A stretch of 32,000 nucleotides of DNA from Wallemia ichthyophaga EXF-994 (lineage: Eukaryota > Fungi > Basidiomycota), in contig NW_008806282.1 of assembly GCF_000400465.1 (NCBI RefSeq), positions 150,001-182,000 of the forward strand, given 5' to 3'. The notes below the pieces were generated by a model. It was given only the letters and a program-made list of their open reading frames with translations. It was not told where the DNA came from and searched no databases. The position numbers were made by a program, and so were the translations under genes. Of the stretch, positions 21,301 to 29,609 are shown piece by piece (the stretch's first letter is position 1; each line of letters starts with the position of its first letter).

Positions 21301-22071
21301 TCTCCTGTTGGCTTTCCTCACTCTGAGATATCTTGCTGGCCTGTCCGTCTGTGTTGTTGCTGTTGCTTTTGCTGCTGTTCTTCTGTGCAAACGCTTTCGG
21401 GTGAAGATACACCTGTAGCGAGAGAATGATGGTATCACCACTGCGCAGCGTCTCGTCGCAATCCATCAACGTTCCAGTGAGCTCGATGATCTGCGTAGTG
21501 TTTAGTGTGGTGTTAGCGGGGTGCACTAAACGCAGTAATGATAACGTACCTGCTTATCGAGCAGTCTGCTCAGATACGACGTGTGGTTAGACGGTAGCCT
21601 ACCCACTTCAAACCCGCGCATGTTCCTAAATCTGCGAGGCCAGATTAGAATGGTTGCATGCGGCGATTAGGCTCACCTGATGATAGTGTTTTCTGATTTG
21701 TTTGAAGACTTGGCAGCGAATCCCTTCAAAGTTGATGTTTTGCCCTTGCCATTCTTTCCATTCTTGCCAGTCTTCTCCGCCTGCTTATTCTTATCTCTCT
21801 CTACCAGCACCTGCTCGCCACTGCGGGCATAACCTTTGCCGTTAACAGTGGACCAACCACTAATGATAATCTCGCCAATAAATCGATTATAGCGCGTTTC
21901 ATCTGTTTTCGCCGTTATCTCGACGACGTCTGTGTCTTCTCGACTGAGTTTGTCTTCGTGTTTACGTTTGGCAGGTGTGCTCGCGACTATCTCCAAATCA
22001 CTCTCGGTCTTATTGTTTTCTTCTTCCCACTCATCTCCAGAATCGAAGAAGAGCGGCGTATCTTGCGTCAT
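18367..22071 (-). CDS. RAD5: Rad5 DNA damage-tolerance protein (HIRAN + SNF2 helicase + C3HC4 RING + HELICc); complement(join(18367..19072,19121..19173,19217..20687,20736..21490,21550..21631,21677..22071)), 1153 aa
   Basis: HIRAN IIRFRNMRGFEVGRLP; LRNYQKEALSWM; FYFNPYSSEL; DEMGMGKT; DEAHHIKN; WALTGTP; RING CPIC..PCMHKSCKQC..CPVC reconstituted across two introns; QSSAKLRAL, VVFSQF, LISLRAGGVGLNLT and QAIDRVHRIGQ. Confidence 0.95.
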
Positions 22072-22099
22072 CAGTGGTCGTTGTCACAAAGAGACAGCC

Positions 22100-22107
22100 A
22101 CGCGAAA
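22100..22107. promoter_or_regulatory. SCB/MCB-like element ACGCGAAA upstream of RAD5
   Basis: CGCGAAA core about 30 bp upstream of the RAD5 ATG in a 96-bp gap. Function is inferred. Confidence 0.3.
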
Positions 22108-22167
22108 CGCCAAATAAAAAATAAATATAAATCCAGCTTAAATAACTTAAATTATAAATCACCTCAA

Positions 22168-24294
22168 TCACCCCTCCATCTCGAGCTTCTTCTGTCGTTT
22201 TTGCCTCTCGCGCTTACCGATTTTCTTCTTCTTGGGTGGTTGAGGTAGTGCAGACGAATCGATATCGCCATCACCCTCGCGCGGCCTCTTTTTACCGTCA
22301 TGCTTATCATGCTTGCGGTGCTTGAAGTCTTTTGAATCTTCTCCCCATGCCGGTCTATCATTATTTACCTTATGTTTGAATTCTCGCACACGCGACATCA
22401 TCCCATTCGCATATTTTCCTTTACCAGAGTTAGCGATTCTATCTTTACGGTAGGGTGCCATTCTCTTCACGCGCATCAGTCGCGTCAGATCTCTGTCATC
22501 TGCCCGGAGTATCTCATCCGTGTTGAGACCATAGCTGTCAGGAACGACGTTTGTGTATTTGAATCTCGTCTTGAGATCTCCAATTGTATCTTCGTAATCG
22601 AGTTTGTAATACTCATCTAGCCACTTTTCAAGAGCTGCTTGTCTTTCCTCTGCTGTTGCTGGCATTGGTTCTTCTTCTTGTGGTTGATGTGTTAAGTGGT
22701 CAGCATCCATATCCATATCAACATCATCTTCATCGTATCCCTCTTTAGTTGCACCCTTGGCATCCGCTTTTGCCTTCTTCTTGGCCTTCTTACGCTCACG
22801 TTTCGACATGGTGACCTTTCCGTCGTTTTGGTCATCTTGGTCATTATAGTCCGCATCCATGTTGATCGGTGTGGAGTCATCCTGTGGGTCATCCTGTGCG
22901 ACGATATCGTCAATATCAATATCATCCTCCCACTGCGGTTTTTCCTCGTCAAATTCACCCTCGTCACCCTCCTCATCATACTCATTCTCATATGCATCCC
23001 GCATAGCTTTATCGTGAGCTTCCGGATCAAACTCTGCATCAAGATCTAAGTGTTCAAATTTGGCAGCATCTTCACCAATAGCAGCAAGACGAGATTTAAT
23101 GTCATCTTTCTTAAGTGATTTGAGACGCTTAAGGTCCTCTTCACGTTGACGCTTTTCAACCTCCTTGCGCTCCTTTTTGGATGCACGCTGTTCTTTCCTC
23201 TTGTTGTCAGAACGACGAACAGTAGATTCAAGTTGTCTTGAGTGGGTTTTGATGTCATCAGCATTGGGTTCTTCAAAGCGAAAGTTATATCTATGTTCAA
23301 AGTCATCTGCATAGTCTTCAAAATCATCGTCATCTTCGAGGAGCTCATTGTCAGCGTTTGCACCGGATAAATTAAAAGAGTGACCCTTTTCAGCAGCTTT
23401 TTGGTTGGAAATTGGGACATCTTTTGGTACAGAGGTTGAAGAACCAGGCATCCAGCCCTGATTCAAGATGTAATCCATTAAAAATTGATCGTCTTTAGCT
23501 TTTTGATAGGCTTTTGAGGGTGTTTTGAGTGATTTTTCTTGGTTGTCTGGTTTTTCAGATTTAGCAGCTTTCTTGGCCAGCTTCTTTTCTTCTTTTGTGG
23601 GATTGGGATTGGATGCGTTGTCGATCTCTTGCTGAGTGCTAGATATACGCACATCATCCAAACCCAAAGCTTTTCTAATCTCATCTTCACCGACGTTATC
23701 GAGGAGGAATTTCTTGTAAGAGTTGCGTGATTGAAAGTCGTCGTCATCTTCAACAGATTTAGGCTTAAGGAAGTCATCTTGGTCTTCGTTGTCGTCATTA
23801 CCGCTGTGAAAAGCGGAAGTTACTTCTTTCTTGAGGTTCCTCTGTTCTTGGGCGTGGGTGGGGAGGGTGACAGGGTTGTTATCGTCATCACCCTCTTCAT
23901 CACTACCAAAATCACCTTTAAGGAGTTTCTGCCTCTCAAAATCAGCGAGGGTAACTGGTTTGCCTGATAATTTGGTACGCTTAGAGGTGAGTTGAGCAGC
24001 TTTATCTTTCAAAGCTGCCTGTTCCTCCTCGAAAACCTTTTTATCAGAGTAGATGGAGGGATCTTTAGATTTTAAGAGAGAGAGAGTTTTGAGGAGAGCA
24101 GCATCGATATCCGGGGTTAGCTGATCGCCCTGCTCATCCTCGTCAGACTGATCACTATCACTCGATTCATCTGATTCCTCCTTGTATTTCTCTTGTAAGC
24201 GCTGTAACTCTGCTCTCTTGTGATTATGTGTAAATCTATCTGCAAATTCCTTGTTTATCGATAAATCATCCACGCCATCCAAATCCAAATCCAT
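22168..24294 (-). CDS. KRI1: Kri1, Krr1-interacting 40S ribosome biogenesis factor, 708 aa, single exon
   Basis: Motifs LSINKEFADRFTHNHKRAELQRLQEKY, LKSKDPSIY, FLMDYILNQGW, FEHRYNFRFEEP, RLKSLKK, YYKLDYEDTIGDLKTRFKY, YGLNTDEILRADD and KRMAPYR. Highly charged sequence. Confidence 0.95.
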   Translation of the reverse strand: MDLDLDGVDDLSINKEFADRFTHNHKRAELQRLQEKYKEESDESSDSDQSDEDEQGDQLTPDIDAALLKTLSLLKSKDPSIYSDKKVFEEEQAALKDKAAQLTSKRTKLSGKPVTLADFERQKLLKGDFGSDEEGDDDNNPVTLPTHAQEQRNLKKEVTSAFHSGNDDNEDQDDFLKPKSVEDDDDFQSRNSYKKFLLDNVGEDEIRKALGLDDVRISSTQQEIDNASNPNPTKEEKKLAKKAAKSEKPDNQEKSLKTPSKAYQKAKDDQFLMDYILNQGWMPGSSTSVPKDVPISNQKAAEKGHSFNLSGANADNELLEDDDDFEDYADDFEHRYNFRFEEPNADDIKTHSRQLESTVRRSDNKRKEQRASKKERKEVEKRQREEDLKRLKSLKKDDIKSRLAAIGEDAAKFEHLDLDAEFDPEAHDKAMRDAYENEYDEEGDEGEFDEEKPQWEDDIDIDDIVAQDDPQDDSTPINMDADYNDQDDQNDGKVTMSKRERKKAKKKAKADAKGATKEGYDEDDVDMDMDADHLTHQPQEEEPMPATAEERQAALEKWLDEYYKLDYEDTIGDLKTRFKYTNVVPDSYGLNTDEILRADDRDLTRLMRVKRMAPYRKDRIANSGKGKYANGMMSRVREFKHKVNNDRPAWGEDSKDFKHRKHDKHDGKKRPREGDGDIDSSALPQPPKKKKIGKRERQKRQKKLEMEG

Positions 24295-24377
24295 CTTCGT
24301 GCTCGTCGTGCTCTTTGAACCCGTAACATCAACTTATAAAATATAAAAATATAAAAAAATAATCAAAATTTAAAATT

Positions 24378-26304
24378 ATGTCCACTGGCTCCACTCGCTC
24401 ATCAGAGGATGGCGATATAGGCACTCTCCCCAGCCCATCTACCTACGACATGGATAGGCTGGTCGACAATGTAAATCTAAAGAGATTCTCTCTTAAGCCC
24501 AGGTATAGTCGGAGGCTATCTAATCACAGATTATCTTATCTTAATCCATCCAATCCATCGAAACCATCCGGGTCATCCAATCTCAGCCCAGTACCTTCAC
24601 AGCCACAGCCACCACCCCCGAAATCGATCGATGAAATTATAAGAACCCATTCACCTCTACTAAACGTTAAAACCCAGGCTGAAAAAGACGCTGACTCTCT
24701 TTTGCCCGATAAGAATCCACCCACTCCGCCCATAAAGTCTATCAATGACATCATCAACCAGCACTACTCCTCTCTATCTAGCAGGCATGTCACCTACGAT
24801 GACAGTGAAAGTGGTGGTGACAGTGGTATTGAAAGTGGTGGTGATGGTGATGGTGATGGTAATAGCGATAGTGAAACTGACAGCCACAAACCCACACCCA
24901 TTCCCACCACTCCTACACCCACTCCCTCCCTCGCCCCCAAATCCTGGATCGCCCAATACCTCCGCCAACCGCAACTAACGCGACTGCTCAAGCTACGCCG
25001 TCATCCCCACTCTGGTCTCCAAGTATCCCTATGCGATTTAGGCGACAGCAGAGGCAACCCTGTTCTAATTTACCTAGGGCTCGGCTGTACGCGTCATCTG
25101 ATAGCGCTCTACGCCGATCTAGCGAGCACGCTCAACCTGCGCCTAATCTGCGTTGACCGGTGGGGGTTAGGCCGCACGGACGCGTCCACCTCTACGCAGC
25201 GAGGGCTACTCGAATGGGCGAGTGTGATAGAGGAGGTTCTCGATAGCCTCCGCATTCAACGCGTAGCCCTTCTCGCTCACTCCGCCGGTGCGCCGTATGC
25301 GCTTGCACTCGCCCACGCCGCTCCCCAACGCATAGCTCTGCCTATCACCCTCCTCGCGCCGTGGGTGCATACGGAGACGCACACCAGTGCTGGTCGCTGG
25401 CTCAGACATGTCCCGAAGCCCCTCCTACGCGCAGCTCAGGTGGCTGAGTGGACAGTCGCCGGCTGGAGTATTGGCAAGCCGCCCCAAGTCAAGTATGAGG
25501 GTGTTGAGGGGGGTGTGGGCTTGAGTGTGGGTGGGGGAGTTAGTGGGACTAGCGACCACAACAACAACAATAACACTAACACCAATGCTCTTGATAGCGG
25601 CGTCGAAAGGAGCCACTCGCATCCTACTGTTCCTACTGTCTCCAAGCTAGCTGGTGCGTATCTTTTTATATTTGCGTTTGAGTGCGTTGAATTCTCATTG
25701 ACCACCCCACACAGCGCACTCAACCCACTCAACACACCCCAGTATCAGGTCCTCCAGCGCTAATAGCGTCAGACGTCTGCGCAAAGTGTCGCTTGTTAAT
25801 AGCAGCCGGAGCAGCAGCAGTAGTAGTAGCAGTGGTGGCAGCATTCGTAGCAGTTATAACAACAACAACGAGAGCAACAAAAATGGCACACATAGGCCAT
25901 TCAATACACTCAACGTGCCCACCACACCAAATGCACCCAACAAACCCATCGCAAACACACTCACTCACAGCGAAGAAAAACAGGTCTCCGTCGGAAGCGC
26001 CCTGCTCGCAGCTTCGCATGCCGAGTCACATTCAGGCGGCGGGCCTGCACATGACCTCCTCCTCATACTCAACCGCGGTGCTAAACCGTGGGGATTCGAT
26101 TACCGGGATATCTCAGCAAGCGTGCACGTCTACTGGGGAGACAAGGACGATAGGATCTCTGAAGATGCCGTGCAATGGATGGAAGAGAACATGACTAGTT
26201 GCAAACTAACTAAACTACCAGGCAAGACGCATTCATTGCTGACTGATCCCATTGTCATTGCAGATGTGTTGGAGAATTTGGCTGACAAGTACAGTACGAG
26301 ATGA
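24378..26304 (+). CDS. Alpha/beta-fold hydrolase with long disordered N-terminus; join(24378..25653,25715..26304), 621 aa
   Basis: Motifs LGLGCTRH, LICVDRWGLGRT, nucleophile elbow AHSAGAPYAL, PWGFDYRD, VYWGDKDDRI (acid) and GKTHSL (His). A 61-nt intron joins ORFs 24378..25763 and 25786..26304 in frame. Confidence 0.85.
24807..24863 (+). repeat. 14-nt direct repeat GAAAGTGGTGGTGA (24-nt period) followed by (GGTGAT)x3, encoding ESGGDSGIESGGDGDGDG
   Basis: Directly visible at 24807-24820, 24831-24844 and 24840-24857. Confidence 0.75.
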
Positions 26305-26398
26305 GTTAGTATAGATAATTGATAATTGATAGACATACCCAAATTAAATTGGATTAATTGTATTTTTACACATACATTACAACTTATATAATTGACAT

Positions 26399-28201
26399 TT
26401 ACTCGGCATTTGCGCGCTCAATATCCACCCAACTCTCCAGCGAGTAGTTGAGTTTGTTGAGGTCCTTCCAATCATGCCGGGCCACTGAGCCCGTTTCATC
26501 CCACTCCCAGGCCGTGCTCATCAAGCTCGCGTCAGTCGGTGACCAGCTGACGTCACGAACGATAGGGCGCCTGGCACGAGCGCGACCGGAAGCAGGAGCA
26601 GAAGTATTTCTGACACTCGCACCAGCCGCTTCAGGTGCGCTAGGATCGTTAAATTCGCCACTCGCATCCACCATATCCAATGCACTCTTACGATCAACAA
26701 CCTGCACTAGCTCACCAGAGACGTTCCAGATATAAATATTCCCATCAGCTGAACCCGAATACACATAGCGACCACCGGTGGTATCGTCCGGGGAGAAGCG
26801 AGCGCGTATGAGGGTGCGCGCGACAGTGTGACCCTGTAGTCTAACGAGGGAGTGATCCTGTGGATGAGCGTCGTACGCGGGTTTGGGTGTGAATGAACTC
26901 CTATAATCGTAACCTGGTATACTGAAGTTTTCCGGTGGGGCTACTTTATCGGAATCGTCGAAATCGTCACTGCTCACCATTCTCCGTAGATCCCAAATAC
27001 GCACAGAGGAGTCTTTACCGTTGGTGAGTACATTTCGCTCGTTGCCTTTCGGAGACACATACGTAATGCCCTCGGTATGTCCAACTAGCACCCCCGATGG
27101 CTTTGCGTGGCTCGTCAATGCACGTCGGTCCCACACCTTGGCCACACAATCGTCCGACCCCGACACGCAGATGTTGGAGGAAACATCAGCGAAACAAACC
27201 GCATTTACATCCGCCATGTGCCCCTCGAGCGAGAGGAGCTTCTTGCGCGCTTCGACGTCGTACACATACATTGTGCCGTCAGCAGCTCCAGCGACTATTT
27301 CCTTGCAGTCACTAGAGAACCTCACAGACCATATTCCATAACCATACCCGTAGTCATCTGCGCCGTCATCGCTGAACGACAGTGGGATAGGCTGGGCGGG
27401 ATTGTTTAGGTTGACAAGATGAGCTACAGGCGAAATGCGCGAATATACCAGCCATTCCTTGTTATGCGACAGGTTGGCATCCGTCACAGTCCATCCGGAG
27501 GGATTGGCGGAGACGCGTGCAAGATAGCCCATAGTAGTCTCATGCTCCTCGACATAAAACTCATCCTCGCCCTGCATGCCCGAGTGAGGTGCCCGCAGAG
27601 GCTCTTGAGGCTTGTAAACGTTAATGTTAAAGTTCCTGTCGGCGGTATAAAAGAGCTGGCCATCGCGGCTGTGCTCGCCGGAGTAGACAGGTGCGTTATT
27701 GCGTGCGACGACACACCCACTCGAGTTAGGCACAACAGCGAGATATTCCGGCCGTAATCGACTCTGCAGTCGTGTCCGATTCCTTATGCTCCCTTGGAGG
27801 GACACGGGCGTGCGTGTGCACCCGAACATGCCACTTTGCGCCAGCTTGACTCCCTCAGGCTGGGTAGTTGACGGTGTGGGGACGTATCGCTGTGACATAT
27901 CGGGCATGCGCGCCTGCCACATTAACCCATCGCCGTCGTCGCTCACGAATACATGTCGACCAGTTCCGGCACGTGCATTGCGAAGGAGCATCTGCAGTAT
28001 CGACAGCCGCGCACCGTGGTCTCCGTCTTCATCAGCTATCTCGTCATTCGTCGAATCCTGCAGTAGCATGTCGTCGAGCAGCGCCTGCGATGAGCGCCGT
28101 TGGAGCACTTGATCCATGTCTATGAAATCATCTGAATCCTCGTCGTAGCTGCCGTCGTAGTAGCTTTCTTCGTCGTCGCTTGCTGCATTTATTTCGCTCA
28201 T
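26399..28201 (-). CDS. WD40 protein, DCAF11/WDR23/LEC14B-like (putative CUL4-DDB1 substrate receptor), about 600 aa, single exon; alternative in-frame ATG at 28231
   Basis: WD repeats: GWTVTDANLS, IWSVRFSSDCKEIVAG, GHMADVNAVCF..SGSDDCVAKVWDRR, LVGHTEGITYV..NGKDSSVRIWDLR, YDYR, GHTVARTLIRARFSP..YVYSGSADG and VRDVSWSP. This arrangement is typical of DCAF11/WDR23. Confidence 0.85.
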   Translation of the reverse strand: MSEINAASDDEESYYDGSYDEDSDDFIDMDQVLQRRSSQALLDDMLLQDSTNDEIADEDGDHGARLSILQMLLRNARAGTGRHVFVSDDGDGLMWQARMPDMSQRYVPTPSTTQPEGVKLAQSGMFGCTRTPVSLQGSIRNRTRLQSRLRPEYLAVVPNSSGCVVARNNAPVYSGEHSRDGQLFYTADRNFNINVYKPQEPLRAPHSGMQGEDEFYVEEHETTMGYLARVSANPSGWTVTDANLSHNKEWLVYSRISPVAHLVNLNNPAQPIPLSFSDDGADDYGYGYGIWSVRFSSDCKEIVAGAADGTMYVYDVEARKKLLSLEGHMADVNAVCFADVSSNICVSGSDDCVAKVWDRRALTSHAKPSGVLVGHTEGITYVSPKGNERNVLTNGKDSSVRIWDLRRMVSSDDFDDSDKVAPPENFSIPGYDYRSSFTPKPAYDAHPQDHSLVRLQGHTVARTLIRARFSPDDTTGGRYVYSGSADGNIYIWNVSGELVQVVDRKSALDMVDASGEFNDPSAPEAAGASVRNTSAPASGRARARRPIVRDVSWSPTDASLMSTAWEWDETGSVARHDWKDLNKLNYSLESWVDIERANAE

Positions 28202-28372
28202 CACGGTTCGGTGGCAAAGCCATGACACCATCACAGGCACCAGAGCAATATCGAGAATATGGCGTCTGCATGTGTGTTTGTGTGTATGTTTATGTGTATT
28301 TATATTTATATTTCGCATATTTCGTGTATCGCATATATTATCTGGAACGCATCCACAAGTGTCTCAACATGG

Positions 28373-29533
28373 CTACACCCTCCACTGTCCGTAAAGGATT
28401 CCTCTAGAGATAGAGAACGGTATCATATCAGGCGTACACAGCCCCGAGCTCACGAACTCGTCGAGGAACGGTCTGCTAGTGATGCCTACGAAGATAGCCG
28501 TGTAGATATAACCGAGCAGCTTTCTAGATGAGGTAGCAGGCGACTGCGCGAGTGTGTTCCCGAACACGAGATACTCCACTACAATGCCGACAGCCTGTAC
28601 GACAAAGAAGCAGAACTGACCGCGGCCCAGTCCCGCCAGAACATATGCACCCATCGCGTGACTGGCGCCCGTGAGGCTGAATGCGACTACCAGCTTCACA
28701 GGTACGTGTGCGCGCTCTGGAAACACGCTAGCTATGTTGTCGCCGTAGAATTTGATCGTCTGTCGGAATACACTGTGCCACCCAACAGCCCATAGCCGCC
28801 CTATCGACCACGCTTCAGTTAGGTTGAAGAAGGGCGGCCAGTCGCGCGGACTGCTCACTCCAACACCGACACATACCACCGATGCGCTCAGATTGAACGC
28901 GTTGATGGCAGAGTAAGCGACGCCGCCGAAAAATGCCAAGTGGAATGCTTGTAAGAGGACTGGCTGCGCGGCTATCGGACGCAGTGTGAGTATGTCGTAG
29001 GGCGGAGTGTGCAAGTATGTCTCGAATGCATCTATGATGAGGATGTGCATCGCTATAACAGCAAGACGCTCGGCTATAAACCGCTTCCAAGTCTTGTCAC
29101 CCTCCGTTTCTACACCCTGCTTATCGATCCGACGCGCCCATTTCCAGTGTATGCCGCGTGGATTTGAGAGGAGATCGGCAAAGAACACAATTCTCTCCCA
29201 CAACCCAGCCGGAGGAGGTCGCTCAATTCCCCGCGCATCTAACTTGACGAGCCTTTTCTCCACATCGACGCTAAGCAGATATCCCGCTATCATGAGAGCG
29301 TATATCTGCGCATTGCCAACCATGTACGCACTGATCGGATCGGGTTGGCGGAGATATACCAGTGGATATACTGTCGTGGCGAAACACACGGGTATGCCTA
29401 TGATTCTGCGCAGATGCAGCGGGAGGAATAGCAGCGAGCCTGTTATCACAATATACGGCAGAGGCAATAGCCAGAGAGCTGCCACTGGTTTCGAAGTGTC
29501 CAGCTCGGGTAGCTGCGGTGGTGCGAGCCTCAT
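28373..29533 (-). CDS. Membrane-bound O-acyltransferase of the MBOAT_2 / wax-synthase / Tri7-like family, 386 aa, single exon
   Basis: Multiple TM segments; NPRGIHWKW; DWPPFFN..SIGRLWAVGWHSVFR; AFSLTGASH (conserved His); FFVVQAVGIVVE; GYIYT. Confidence 0.85.
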   Translation of the reverse strand: MRLAPPQLPELDTSKPVAALWLLPLPYIVITGSLLFLPLHLRRIIGIPVCFATTVYPLVYLRQPDPISAYMVGNAQIYALMIAGYLLSVDVEKRLVKLDARGIERPPPAGLWERIVFFADLLSNPRGIHWKWARRIDKQGVETEGDKTWKRFIAERLAVIAMHILIIDAFETYLHTPPYDILTLRPIAAQPVLLQAFHLAFFGGVAYSAINAFNLSASVVCVGVGVSSPRDWPPFFNLTEAWSIGRLWAVGWHSVFRQTIKFYGDNIASVFPERAHVPVKLVVAFSLTGASHAMGAYVLAGLGRGQFCFFVVQAVGIVVEYLVFGNTLAQSPATSSRKLLGYIYTAIFVGITSRPFLDEFVSSGLCTPDMIPFSISRGILYGQWRV

Positions 29534-29609
29534 AAACGTAAAGAATCAACAATATAATCATTCATCAACACAATCAATACATTCTCCACTGCTTCATTAT
29601 ACTTATTAA

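Noticed and set aside
28232-28318. N-terminal extension of the WD40 ORF to 28318
   Set aside because: It has a non-ATG start and a low-complexity TG/AT-rich sequence typical of UTR or intergenic DNA.
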